Below are positions 16,722 to 26,147 of a DNA stretch of 40,747 nucleotides, piece by piece. The notes beneath the pieces were generated by a model, which was not told where the DNA came from, ran no database searches, and saw nothing but the letters and a program-made list of their open reading frames with translations. Made by a program: the position numbers and the translations under genes. Origin of the DNA: a virus. Lineage: Duplodnaviria; Caudoviricetes. The first letter of the stretch is position 1; each line of letters opens with the position of its first letter. Location: positions 1 to 40,747 of IMG/VR virus record IMGVR_UViG_3300048576_000210. One strand, written 5' to 3'.

Positions 16722-18854
16722 TTATCCTCCGACCACGGACTTATACGCGCCGCGATAATCGGCGATCGCGCACTCGTACTCATGCCGGATTTTGTACTGG
16801 ATCTTGTCGCCAACAAACATCTGGCCCACACCCGGCTGATCAGCGACAAACATTTCCGGTTCCTGCTGGCCATTCAAAAATGCCAACTCCAGAATCTCCA
16901 CCTCCGCCGGATCGGCAAACATCATCCAGTCCGTAGCGTCCGTCATGAACGGGCACTCGATCAAGCCCTCAGGTTTGAAAAATCCGAACATCGAGTTGCC
17001 GTTGTCCACACTCACCGCCTGCGGCTGGAACTCGTTGACGTTTTTGACGATGCCGTACAGCTCAGTCGGGAAGGCCACCGTCACTGGCCGCAGCTGCAAC
17101 CGTTCGCCGCTTTCGGGTTCGGCCATTTTTCCCATCGCCGTTTTGGCGGCCAGGGCGGCAGTAATGCTGTAGGCCGCGCTGCCGAGATTGCCATGGTCCA
17201 CATGGAACACCGCTTTGCCGTCTCCTCCGTAGGTTCCGTTGTTGATAAACTTGGCCCAGCAACGCTTGGCCAAGGTCCGGCGGGCGGCACGCGGCAAGCG
17301 GGAGATAAGGCGCTCCACCACGCGCTGATCGTCATTGATCAGCATTTTCCGAGTAATGGTGATGATGCCGCCCTTCTGATTCAGCGCATACTCGACCTTC
17401 TCGTCACTGACCTCGCCCAGATCCGGGAAATCCTCAGTCTCGGTGCTTACGTCGGGCAGGTCGCCGTAGTAGCCGATATTGATCGACTCCATGGTCCGGA
17501 AGTCCCGCGCATTGCGGATGTTGCCGCCCACCAGCCGGCTGATGCCGAAATCGGTTGTCTCCCGGTAATCCTGCACCATCCGTCGATACAGGGTATTGCC
17601 GAGGGCATAGGCGAAGGTGGCCGAACCATAGGCGGCCTGCAACCGGGCAGGCGCCTGGCCGTTTTCATAATAGCCGCGCACCTCCGTATCGCCGGTCATC
17701 TCGACATACGCCGCGCGCAAGCTGCGGAACGCCGGGATGTCGCCAAAGGTGTCCGCAACCTGCACATGAAACAGCTTGTCCACAGCCGCCTGCATCTTTT
17801 CGCCGCTGTCCCGCACTACCCGGGCGCCGCCAAGGCCTGATGCCTGGCCGGATCCGGTCAGCTGATCGACCATCTCTTTGGTCTCCTTGATGGCCGCGGT
17901 CAACGTTGCCGCCTCGAAATCCGTGCCGGCAAAGCGGGCCCGCAATCCTCGCTGCGCTGTCTCGGGCAGCAGGCTTGCCGCCAGCACCCGATCCAGCTCC
18001 AGATCGGATCGCATGATCCGCAGCTCAACGAGCTGGTCCTGCACGGGCTGACCAATTTTGGCCACAGCGGCCAGCACTCGTTGTTCGATTTCGGCCCCGA
18101 TCGCGCCAGATTCGGCTGGCGTCTCCTGGGCGGCGAGCAAATCGACCAATTCTTCGTCCGTGACCTTTTCGACGTCAAGTGTCGCATACACCTGGGGCTT
18201 GGCCTTCTTGAGCGCGGCCAGCAATTGCTCTCTTAACATGGGGTTCTCCCGGCCGACTGCAGCGGCCATGTGCATGAATTTGCCGTTGTTGGTGGGATCG
18301 TAAACCACGTCGACCTCGACGTGATAAATCTCCACCGGTTCTTTTGCCTGCTTGCCGTCAATCGTTACAGTCCGGCTGCGGGCTGCAACGTCATGGCTCA
18401 AACCAAATAGGGTAGGGTTGCCCCGGTCGTGACTGTCGACCAGGTTGTCGCGCAGCCATTGGGCGCCCTTGAGGATCAGCAGATCTGCTTCGATCCCGAC
18501 GCCGGTGTCCACCGGATTGGACAACCAGCCGACGATTTCCCGGGGCGATTTGCCAAAAGCTTTCCCGGGTGATTGATGTTGCGAGTCGTTGAGGGCAAAG
18601 ACCTTGGCGCCGTCGTACAGTTTCAGGGCAGCGGCCAGTGGGGCGCGCGGCCAGTTGATGCGCCCGTCTTTGCCAAGGCCATATTCCACCACCTGTACCC
18701 GCCACTTGTATCCGTAGTCGTCATCATCCGGCGCGCCATCCGCAGCCAGCAAATGCGATTGCGCGTGGAGCCGGTCATCATCGCCGGCGATGCCGGCGGC
18801 CTGCAGGCGGTCAAGAATTCCAGCCCGCCCCCTGCCAGTCCCTATGACCATCAT
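16722..18854 (-). CDS. Fused prohead protease/scaffold - major capsid protein
   Basis: N-terminal protease-like motifs (LYDGAKVF, IVGW, FGLSHD, VDVVYDP..NGKF), a helical scaffold-like middle and a C-terminal capsid domain (ITRKMLINDD, HGNL, IQYKIRHEY...DYRG). ATGA overlap with the upstream stop sets the start at 18854. Confidence 0.85.
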   Translation of the reverse strand: MMVIGTGRGRAGILDRLQAAGIAGDDDRLHAQSHLLAADGAPDDDDYGYKWRVQVVEYGLGKDGRINWPRAPLAAALKLYDGAKVFALNDSQHQSPGKAFGKSPREIVGWLSNPVDTGVGIEADLLILKGAQWLRDNLVDSHDRGNPTLFGLSHDVAARSRTVTIDGKQAKEPVEIYHVEVDVVYDPTNNGKFMHMAAAVGRENPMLREQLLAALKKAKPQVYATLDVEKVTDEELVDLLAAQETPAESGAIGAEIEQRVLAAVAKIGQPVQDQLVELRIMRSDLELDRVLAASLLPETAQRGLRARFAGTDFEAATLTAAIKETKEMVDQLTGSGQASGLGGARVVRDSGEKMQAAVDKLFHVQVADTFGDIPAFRSLRAAYVEMTGDTEVRGYYENGQAPARLQAAYGSATFAYALGNTLYRRMVQDYRETTDFGISRLVGGNIRNARDFRTMESINIGYYGDLPDVSTETEDFPDLGEVSDEKVEYALNQKGGIITITRKMLINDDQRVVERLISRLPRAARRTLAKRCWAKFINNGTYGGDGKAVFHVDHGNLGSAAYSITAALAAKTAMGKMAEPESGERLQLRPVTVAFPTELYGIVKNVNEFQPQAVSVDNGNSMFGFFKPEGLIECPFMTDATDWMMFADPAEVEILELAFLNGQQEPEMFVADQPGVGQMFVGDKIQYKIRHEYECAIADYRGAYKSVVGG

Positions 18855-19258
18855 CTTTTTTTTCCTTTGCCGACGGCCGCAGTCTGAACGTCGGACCACA
18901 CAATATCGCTCGACGTCACGCCCACCACGGCAAGAGGGATATCCCGAAAAAGCGCTCCGCCAAGCAAGTCGCGCGCAGCTTCTTCCGAAAGCGGCGTGCG
19001 AATCGAGGGCGCTTTCTGGTCGGGATTGTCCACCTCAAGATTCCGAGCGGATGGCTCGGCCCCTTTCTGAACGCGATGCTTGCGGCCGTCGGCGGCGACA
19101 ATGATCACTTCCCGGTCCGTTTCGCTCCAGTCCAGCACATCCTCAGGTTCGAGCTGGCACCGCACCGGCACGTGTTTCTTTTCCTTGCCCACTCCCTCCA
19201 CCACCGCAGTGTTAAAGCTCAGGCCGCCCAGGTATTCCTCAGGAATCGCTTTGTCCAT
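18851..19258 (-). CDS. Hypothetical protein
   Basis: GGAGAG RBS before MDKAIPEEYLGGL; translationally coupled to the capsid gene. Confidence 0.65.
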   Translation of the reverse strand: MDKAIPEEYLGGLSFNTAVVEGVGKEKKHVPVRCQLEPEDVLDWSETDREVIIVAADGRKHRVQKGAEPSARNLEVDNPDQKAPSIRTPLSEEAARDLLGGALFRDIPLAVVGVTSSDIVWSDVQTAAVGKGKKR

Positions 19259-19340
19259 TTTCGCTCTCCGCAACCTCGCACCGGCGAGACTGCCTGTTTT
19301 TTGTCGCCGTGGGGTGTCAACGGCGTTTATAACACCATGT

Positions 19341-20288
19341 TCAGCCGATATGCCGACGTCTGGGCGCGCTGCTCCGGATCTGCCCCACGGCAAACTTTCC
19401 GGTTAAAATTGAATCTGACCCTTTTCGCTCACTTCGCCGGGCTATTTCCTCGCCGCGCTCGTTGTAAATTGGCAGGGCCTGATCAATGCCCCAGGCGTCA
19501 TGCCAAGGAACATGATCGCAGCCGCAGCGGATCACCTCGCTGGCCGGCGCGTTAGAGTCGCGTGGATGCATCATGGCCAGCGAGCCGATCACAAACGGTT
19601 CGTCTACCGGCCGCACCTGGCCGTGCAACGCCAAGTGGCTCATCCTCGGCCGCTTGGGGTGGCCAGCATGCCACCATTGCTTTTTAAGCCCCGGCACGGA
19701 ACTACCCGCCTGGCGCATGCCAATTTGGGTGGCGGTCGAGTACGCCCTGCCCATTTCTGTTCCGGCAATCACCTCTGCTCTGGCTTCCAGCGTGCCGAAG
19801 ATTCCGGGGCTGTCGATGCTGCCGCTGATTGCGGTCACCACGTCATGCGGCGTTTTCTGTCCCAGTATTCCCAGGCTCAGCTCTCCGCGCACTTTGTTGA
19901 AGGTGTCAGACGCCAACCCGGAAATTTTGTGGAAGCTGTACTCTTTCATCGTTTGCAGCACCGTTCCCGGGATGTGGGCAAAGGCCACATGCATGCCGCC
20001 GGCGCGCACCGCCGCCGGAACCAAGCCGACGCCGCTCTCCCAGGCAGCGTCCAGCAGCCGGCCCATCTCCGTGCTGCCGGAAGATTCAAAGGCCGCCAGG
20101 TATCGTTCCACGCTTGCCAGGTTCTGGCGCAGCATCAGCGCCGTGTAGGATCCGCCTACCTGCTGCAACTCCGCCACGATCTGCCGCTTTACCTCTGCCA
20201 GCATGCCGCGCAAGGCGTCCTCTCCGGTAAGGATCTTGCGATCCTTCTCCGCCAGCAACCGTTTGAGTTCAGCGGTGACCGTTGCCAT
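19341..20288 (-). CDS. Minor head / head morphogenesis protein (Mu gpF / SPP1 gp7-like)
   Basis: RAEVIAGTEMGRA, KKQWWH, RMSHLALHGQ and HPRD...EVIRCGC motifs. Confidence 0.88.
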   Translation of the reverse strand: MATVTAELKRLLAEKDRKILTGEDALRGMLAEVKRQIVAELQQVGGSYTALMLRQNLASVERYLAAFESSGSTEMGRLLDAAWESGVGLVPAAVRAGGMHVAFAHIPGTVLQTMKEYSFHKISGLASDTFNKVRGELSLGILGQKTPHDVVTAISGSIDSPGIFGTLEARAEVIAGTEMGRAYSTATQIGMRQAGSSVPGLKKQWWHAGHPKRPRMSHLALHGQVRPVDEPFVIGSLAMMHPRDSNAPASEVIRCGCDHVPWHDAWGIDQALPIYNERGEEIARRSERKGSDSILTGKFAVGQIRSSAPRRRHIG

Positions 20289-20505
20289 CGTCATCCTCAA
20301 AATTGCCGAACAGCCACTTTAAAAGTGCGGGCCAGTATGATCCTGAATAGGCAAGGAAAAAGCCATTAAACGGAAACTTCTCAGTCAGGTCCGACCAGAA
20401 ACCGAACAGTGTATTGCACTGGTGATCTTCGCACAAACGATGCGGAAGACCATAATAGATCACCTTGATGTATGAGCTGCCGCATCGCGGGCATTGGTCA
20501 CTCAT
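20269..20505 (-). CDS. Small Cys-rich (Zn-ribbon-like) hypothetical protein
   Basis: GGAGG RBS; MSDQCPRCGS...CEDHQC; overlaps both neighbours. Confidence 0.6.
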   Translation of the reverse strand: MSDQCPRCGSSYIKVIYYGLPHRLCEDHQCNTLFGFWSDLTEKFPFNGFFLAYSGSYWPALLKWLFGNFEDDDGNGHR

Positions 20506-21925
20506 CTGCGTTGACCTCCTTGCTGGCTGGAACTTTTTGCCGCATACTCTTTCCGTCCCGATAGTCCGCATATTCTGGCGCCACCTCAGTCGACTCCGGG
20601 TCATACTCGTAACCCACGTATGCCAAAAAATAGGCAAAAGCCTTGGCCGCTTCGGGCTCGTCAATCCATCCCTGGGTCTGGGCAGTGGTCAGCGCCGCAG
20701 CCACCTGCTGCAGCATAGCGCCCAACTTGGCGACGTCCTTGTCGGACACCTCTGGCGTCTGCACCTCATAGTCATACAGCTCATCCTCTGGAACGCCGGT
20801 CAGGTACCGGGCCGAAACCGCGCTGGCAATCGCATAGTCGCAGATCACCTCCAGCATGTTTTTGACCTTCTCCTGCCGGTTGCCGATGATCTTTTTTGCC
20901 GGGCCGTCCATCTCAGAGGCTGTCGCCCGATTGACGTCGCCGCCGCCGCCAAACCAGTGTTCGGGCAGGCCAAGACTGCCGAGAATGTGGTTGCGGTGCA
21001 GCCGCGCCGCAGCCTGGCTGTCAGCCGCCTTCATATCCGGCGCCACGGCCTGGGCCTTGACCTTCTCATTGTGGATAAACGCGCCGCCGGTCTTAGGCGG
21101 CACATAGTTTGCGCGCTGTTTCTCCAGCTTTGACTCGTCAGCGCCGTCTACCGTGACATCGTAGAAAAATGCGTTGAACTGGGCCCACTTTTCGCTGCTG
21201 TCGTACATGAACTGCTCGTACCCATCGAGATGGTCCGCCACCGTGAACAGGTCCGACGTGCCGCGCATTTCGTTGGTCAGGGCGTTAATAGTGAAGAAAA
21301 AACATTCGCCGTCTTCGAATCCAGCCCGCAGTTCCTGGGCGTCTTCCGAGAGAAAGTCTTCGCTTTCGGCATCGAGAACGATTTTATATTTCTTGGCTTT
21401 GCCGCCACCGTCCGGACTGCCCACCGTCAAACCAATCTTGATTTTTACGTTCTGCGGATCGGAGAAAACCGCTTGAATCCAGGCTGGATCGATATAGCCC
21501 AGCCGCACCCGGCCGGTCTGCGAGGCCACCGATACCGGCCAGCACTGCTCGCCGTAGATCCCCAACTCCCTGACAAAATTTTCCCAGTGGATGTCCATGC
21601 GGTTGACCGAGTCATTCCAAAAGTCTGACAGAACTTGCTTGACCTGGTCGTTTTTGCAGCTGATCGGCAATCCTTTGCCCACCACGTGGGCGGTGACCAC
21701 CTCAATAATCCATTTTGCCAGCGGGTTGGTTTTCCACAGCCAGTACGCCACCTCAATAGCCCGCGCCTGGTCCATCATCGGCAGCTCGCGGGTAGGCGCT
21801 CCGGTCAGCTTGCGCCAGCCGAGCATCGACAAATTCTGTCCCACCGCTGCCGGCAAGCGCTCGGCGACCTGGCGGTCGATCTCTCCGGCAAACAACGCCC
21901 TGGTCATTGCGGCCAACATACCCAT
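20498..21925 (-). CDS. Portal protein
   Basis: 475 aa, between terminase and gpF-like gene; ELGIYGEQ, RGTSDL and GLPEHWFG...NRATA motifs. Confidence 0.82.
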   Translation of the reverse strand: MGMLAAMTRALFAGEIDRQVAERLPAAVGQNLSMLGWRKLTGAPTRELPMMDQARAIEVAYWLWKTNPLAKWIIEVVTAHVVGKGLPISCKNDQVKQVLSDFWNDSVNRMDIHWENFVRELGIYGEQCWPVSVASQTGRVRLGYIDPAWIQAVFSDPQNVKIKIGLTVGSPDGGGKAKKYKIVLDAESEDFLSEDAQELRAGFEDGECFFFTINALTNEMRGTSDLFTVADHLDGYEQFMYDSSEKWAQFNAFFYDVTVDGADESKLEKQRANYVPPKTGGAFIHNEKVKAQAVAPDMKAADSQAAARLHRNHILGSLGLPEHWFGGGGDVNRATASEMDGPAKKIIGNRQEKVKNMLEVICDYAIASAVSARYLTGVPEDELYDYEVQTPEVSDKDVAKLGAMLQQVAAALTTAQTQGWIDEPEAAKAFAYFLAYVGYEYDPESTEVAPEYADYRDGKSMRQKVPASKEVNADE

Positions 21926-23514
21926 CAGGCTTCTCCTCGTATTGTGCCGAACAGCCGGCCGAACAATCGGCCCCCGCGCGGGGCATGGTAATTTTCTGCC
22001 CGATCCGCTTCAGGGATGGAAGCAACTGCGGGATGAAAGCATCCGGACTGCAGTTTGCTGATGCACATTTCGGCGGCGTCCGGTCCATCGTCGTGGACTG
22101 ATGGCGTCAGCAAGTAGATGAACTGATCCACCAAAGTGTTCTGGTCGCTATGGCCCTTGATGAACCGGATCTTACCGAACTCCCACAGATAGGCGCAGGT
22201 GCCGACGATGCGCGCTTCCTTGTTGGTCGAATGATGCACCGGCGACCAGGGCAAGAACGACTTGACCTTGAGGGCGTAATTGGCGATAGCTTCGTGCAGG
22301 AAATCCTTGAGCATGTTTTCCTCAACGTCCACACACTCCGAGCCGTATTCCGCATGTTGGGCGTAGGCAGCGGCAAACATCTCGCCCACTGACCGTTTTT
22401 TCAGCCAGGCGTGGCGGCAGTAAAACACCATGGTTTCCTGGTCCAAGCTGAATGTCACCACGGCCCGGTAGTCGTTGTTCTCGCCGGCCTTTGCCGACGG
22501 GTCGACCGCAGATACCGTGATCAGTGCCTTTCCCAGCAGCTCTTCCGGATCGTAGTAGCGGGCCTGTTCTTCCGGAAACGGGGATCCATCGACCGCGACC
22601 TTGTTGCGCATCTCGCGATTGAAATCAAAGCTGCCCATGTCGCGCCGCTTTTTGATCAATCGTTCCATGGGCCAGTGCGCCGGCCACAGCGGTCGCGCAT
22701 GCTCCGTGCCCTCGTCAAGAATGGCGTCGTAGACCTTGGAGAAATACAGCAGCTCTCCGTTGTCGTCGTCGCGGATCGCGATCAGTTGCGATATGGCTGA
22801 ACGCGGGTGAAACAGGTTGCCGACCATCAGCGCCCGGTATCCTTTGCCCATGGATCCCAGCACCGTGCCTCGGATCCAGCTGATCAACCGCTTGACCAGC
22901 TTCGGATTCTCGACATTGTCGTCATTTTCCATATCGTCAAAGCGCACATAGTCGGGGCGGTGCGGTCCGTTCTTCAGACCGCGCACTTTGTCCTTGCGCC
23001 CCCGGGCCAAAAACAGAATGCCGTTCTTGGTTTTGAAATCGTCGTCGCTCCAGTGCTTGGTCCGTTGGTCGCCGAAATCGTGGCGCAATCGGATGTTCTC
23101 TTCCAGCTCCAACTTAATGGCCACCGTAAACCCCTTGGCCTGTTCGTTGGTGTCGGAAATGATCAATCCAAATTTGATCTGGTTGCAGCAGATCACATGC
23201 AGCGGGTCGCCAAAGGTGAAAAAGGTCGACTTGGCGTGCTCACGGGGCGCGCCCACCAGCGCAAACTCATCCTCCATCTCAGCGATATCCGCCCACTCGT
23301 GGTGGAAGTCGCCAAAGGCCGTGGTGAAGTAGTGCGGCATGTAGGTCCGCATGAAGAACAGCTTGTCCGCCTTGGCCCGCTCGATCCGTGCTTTTTTTAT
23401 GGCCGGCGTGTCGCCCTCAAACGGCGAGACGCTCTCTTTGATGAACGACCGCAGCGACGCGACCTGCTTGTCGTATTCGCCCTCCGCGATCAGCGGCCGT
23501 TTACGCATTGCCAT
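21925..23514 (-). CDS. Terminase large subunit
   Basis: Walker A-like APREHAKST, Walker B RFDDMEND, nuclease VDPS and HDDGPDA. Confidence 0.93.
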   Translation of the reverse strand: MAMRKRPLIAEGEYDKQVASLRSFIKESVSPFEGDTPAIKKARIERAKADKLFFMRTYMPHYFTTAFGDFHHEWADIAEMEDEFALVGAPREHAKSTFFTFGDPLHVICCNQIKFGLIISDTNEQAKGFTVAIKLELEENIRLRHDFGDQRTKHWSDDDFKTKNGILFLARGRKDKVRGLKNGPHRPDYVRFDDMENDDNVENPKLVKRLISWIRGTVLGSMGKGYRALMVGNLFHPRSAISQLIAIRDDDNGELLYFSKVYDAILDEGTEHARPLWPAHWPMERLIKKRRDMGSFDFNREMRNKVAVDGSPFPEEQARYYDPEELLGKALITVSAVDPSAKAGENNDYRAVVTFSLDQETMVFYCRHAWLKKRSVGEMFAAAYAQHAEYGSECVDVEENMLKDFLHEAIANYALKVKSFLPWSPVHHSTNKEARIVGTCAYLWEFGKIRFIKGHSDQNTLVDQFIYLLTPSVHDDGPDAAEMCISKLQSGCFHPAVASIPEADRAENYHAPRGGRLFGRLFGTIRGEA

Positions 23515-23995
23515 TGAGGCACTCCATCTTAAAGGCCAGGGTCAAAGCGTCGAAATTTTCCGCAAACACCTTCAGCCCCCCAGGGTCGTTGTCGCGCAGC
23601 CAGTTGGCCATAAACTGCAGGTTTTCCAAAAACACCTTGGGCCGATCAAACGACGGCGTTTTCTCCATGGATTCCCAGCGCTGCACCAGCGATCCCAATT
23701 TGGTGACCGCATCCAGGGACACGGCGGTAATCGATCCAGCGGACGAATCCTCCATGGCCTGCAGCTCTCGGTCGAACAGCGCCCGCAATCGCTGGACGTT
23801 GCTGCGCTTTTGCTGCCGGGAGCGGTCCCACTCATCAAGCTCGTCGCTGGGCCGGCGGGTATCGCTTTTCCATTGCGACAGCGTCTGCCGGCTGACGCCG
23901 AGCAGCTCCTCGATCTCGGTCAGACTTTTATTGTCCGCCGTGTACATGCGGAAGGCCATATCATACAGCTTGGCCTTGTCGCCCTTGACCGCCAT
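23501..23995 (-). CDS. Terminase small subunit-like HTH protein (DUF1804-like)
   Basis: HTH SLTEIEELLGVSRQTLSQWK; directly upstream of terL. Confidence 0.75.
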   Translation of the reverse strand: MAVKGDKAKLYDMAFRMYTADNKSLTEIEELLGVSRQTLSQWKSDTRRPSDELDEWDRSRQQKRSNVQRLRALFDRELQAMEDSSAGSITAVSLDAVTKLGSLVQRWESMEKTPSFDRPKVFLENLQFMANWLRDNDPGGLKVFAENFDALTLAFKMECLNGNA

Positions 23996-24243
23996 CAGTT
24001 CAGGCCCCGCTCCAGTCGGGAAATCTCAGCTCGAATAACCTGCAGGTGGCCCCAGGCGCCTTCCAGCGCATCCCACTGCACGCCCAGCGCCGGAATCTCC
24101 AGGTCAGCAGGCGCGGTTAATGCAGGGTTCAGGCCGGTGCGGATCGCCCTGCAAAATCCCTCGATCAAAAGATTCTGGTTGGCCTCCTTTTCTTTGGCCT
24201 CGGCCAATCGTCCCCTGATCGCCGCCTGTTCAAGATCCAGCAT
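23995..24243 (-). CDS. Hypothetical coiled-coil protein
   Basis: AGGAG RBS before MLDLEQAAIRGRL; 82 aa; stop overlaps the next start. Confidence 0.65.
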   Translation of the reverse strand: MLDLEQAAIRGRLAEAKEKEANQNLLIEGFCRAIRTGLNPALTAPADLEIPALGVQWDALEGAWGHLQVIRAEISRLERGLN

Positions 24244-24244
24244 A

Positions 24245-24607
24245 TCAGCTCCTGTTGGGTGATTTATCGCGCATCGTCGGGCAATATTCGTTGCCCCGGA
24301 TGCTGTCGAGCAGCTTTGTCTGAGCCTGAGTATTGAGAGACACCACCGACAACACAGTCTCGGTGATCCGCTCCCACCGCTTGGTGGCGGCTTCGAAGTC
24401 TTTGGCCATCTTGGCGTAGTCCTCAACCAGGATCACGTTGTCCTTGTACATCTGCACCGCTTCGGTGTGCCGTTTCTCCATCGACCGGCTCACAAAAAAC
24501 TGCACCACCCAGGGCGCCAACATAATGATGGCAAACACCAGGATCGGCGGCCATGATCCCAGCTCTCTGATAATTGCCGCTAGGCCTGCTGCCTCGCTTG
24601 GTGTCAT
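24245..24607 (-). CDS. Membrane protein of the lysis/late region
   Basis: One TM helix (WPPILVFAIIMLAPWVVQFFV) followed by a coiled coil. Confidence 0.65.
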   Translation of the reverse strand: MTPSEAAGLAAIIRELGSWPPILVFAIIMLAPWVVQFFVSRSMEKRHTEAVQMYKDNVILVEDYAKMAKDFEAATKRWERITETVLSVVSLNTQAQTKLLDSIRGNEYCPTMRDKSPNRS

Positions 24608-24819
24608 CTGCGCTCCTTTCTCAGGCGTTCAAATCGTTGTTGACAGCTGATGCAGCGCGTGCATCCCGGCGCCGCCTGGCGGCGACTCTCGGGAATATCG
24701 TCGCCGCAATCCTCACACTCTGTTGCCGCTTCTCCGCGGGGTATGGCCGCCAGCTGCGCGGCCATGGACATGCGCTCCAGCACGTCCTGGTTGCGCTGGG
24801 CAATATCCGCATCATCCAT
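24604..24819 (-). CDS. TraR/DksA C4-type zinc-finger protein
   Basis: MDDADIAQ...CEDCGDDIPESRRQAAPGCTRCISCQ. Confidence 0.92.
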   Translation of the reverse strand: MDDADIAQRNQDVLERMSMAAQLAAIPRGEAATECEDCGDDIPESRRQAAPGCTRCISCQQRFERLRKERR

Positions 24820-24974
24820 CAGGCGGCGGCCTTCTCAATTTTGTGGCCCAAGCCGATCAGGCCACCGCCAAAAACGATGTGGCCGATGCCATCCTCAACC
24901 TGGCCATCAATCACCTCGTAGACGCCAAGCGCGATTGCACCCATGGCCGCTACCCACGTCTTCCAGCCTTTCAT
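24819..24974 (-). CDS. Putative holin (51 aa; not in the ORF track)
   Basis: Own translation: MKGWKTWVAAMGAIALGVYEVIDGQVEDGIGHIVFGGGLIGLGHKIEKAAA. Two hydrophobic segments; start and stop overlap the neighbouring genes. Confidence 0.65.
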   Translation of the reverse strand: MKGWKTWVAAMGAIALGVYEVIDGQVEDGIGHIVFGGGLIGLGHKIEKAAA

Positions 24975-25222
24975 TGCTTGGCCCCAACCGCCTGGGCGTC
25001 AGAGGCGCCGCTGTTGGTGGCGTCTCCGTTTTGCGATGCAGCAGCAGTGGCGGATACAGAGGCCCCGACAGTGGCATCGACCGTTTTGCTTGGCGTGTTG
25101 GTGATGGACGGGCTTGCATTGCCGGCATCGGACTCGGTGATGCTGATGTAATACTGGTTGCCGCCGACGGCGCACCCGCCCAGAAGCCCGGCAAGCGACA
25201 GGGCCAATAACGTCTTGATCAT
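24971..25222 (-). CDS. Small lipoprotein, possible spanin component
   Basis: Lipobox LGGC after MIKTLLALSLAGL; ATGA-coupled to the endolysin. Confidence 0.65.
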   Translation of the reverse strand: MIKTLLALSLAGLLGGCAVGGNQYYISITESDAGNASPSITNTPSKTVDATVGASVSATAAASQNGDATNSGASDAQAVGAKQ

Positions 25223-25758
25223 GGGGTTTCCTCGCAAAGTTCTTGGTAATATGCCTCAATCCGCTTGACATAATTGATCGTTTCGCGCGCGTTGCCGACG
25301 ACGGTGACCCTGGGCAGCGCCTTGGCTATTGCCCACCATTGATCGGTAGGCGAGGCCAACTGCTGCGCCTTGAGGATGTTGCCTGCGCCGGCATTGTACG
25401 ATCCGAACATAAAGTGCAGCCGCTCCATCCCGCGCTCCATGCGCCACATCATCCACATCCTGCGGTCATAATACGCGCCGAATTTGATGTTCAGCAGCGG
25501 GTCGAACATCTCGTCAGGAAGGTGCAGGGCCGCGCTGATCTCGGCCGATGTGGCCGGCATCAACTGCATGACCCCTTTCGCTCCCACTGGACTCACCAGC
25601 TTCGGATTCAGCCCGCTCTCAGCCAATCCCTGCGCCTTGATCCATCGCCAGTCAAAGGGTTGTCCTCCGCCATGATCGCCGGCGAAGTAGATCTCCGTCT
25701 GGCGCTGGAAATGCTCGTCGTAGATGCTCGGGTATTGCTTTTTGTCCATGGTGCTCAT
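25219..25758 (-). CDS. Endolysin, lytic transglycosylase (SLT family)
   Basis: AESGLNP, GAKGVMQLMPAT, SYNAGAGN and ETINYV motifs. Start may be 25749. Confidence 0.93.
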   Translation of the reverse strand: MSTMDKKQYPSIYDEHFQRQTEIYFAGDHGGGQPFDWRWIKAQGLAESGLNPKLVSPVGAKGVMQLMPATSAEISAALHLPDEMFDPLLNIKFGAYYDRRMWMMWRMERGMERLHFMFGSYNAGAGNILKAQQLASPTDQWWAIAKALPRVTVVGNARETINYVKRIEAYYQELCEETP

Positions 25759-25815
25759 TCCCTTTTTGCTGGCCGGGGCCGCCGTCAAGGCCGGCCCCTA
25801 TCGTTTGCCTCATGC

Positions 25816-25966
25816 GGCGTCGATGTCTGGATGATTGAGCAATCTCAAAACGGGGCTGGCCGTGCAAGCCAGCCCCATCAAGGAAAAGAAGCAAGCGCTA
25901 TCGGCCTGCTGTACGGAGATAGATATAGGAGAAAATCGAGGGGGGCGTTAGGGGACGTGGGACGGT
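25816..25966 (-). promoter_or_regulatory. Putative late promoter / structured leader, copy B (upstream of lysis-head operon)
   Basis: Shares ACCGTCC, C-tracts, TATAT, a GCAGG...CGATA hairpin, GGGGCTGGC/GCCAGCCCC hairpin + TTTT and CATCGRCGCC with 29316..29465 at a constant 3499-3500 bp offset. Confidence 0.65.
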
Positions 25967-26053
25967 TAGGAAAATGATGCGGCTGGGTTGCTATTCTCCG
26001 GATAGCAGTGATTAAAACAATGGAAATACAAGGAAAAAATAATTAAAAACGAT

Positions 26054-26145
26054 AACTTGGAAACGGATTTGCGGCAAACCCGTTTCCAAGTTGCTTCCCA
26101 AAATGCTTCCCAACTGTCAAGGATCGCATGACAGTTGGGAAGCAT
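26054..26145 (-). terminator. Tandem long hairpins / probable terminator after the exported-protein cassette
   Basis: Perfect 17-bp inverted repeat 26103..26119/26129..26145. Second stem 26054..26092 (13 bp perfect, 18 bp with one G-U on the minus strand) followed by a U-rich tract. Confidence 0.7.
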
Positions 26146-26147
26146 CT

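Noticed and set aside
19260-19340. Third copy of the late promoter element upstream of the head genes
   Set aside because: Only a loose CCGT...ACCCC resemblance and a small hairpin; the TATAT and GGGGCTGGC blocks are missing.
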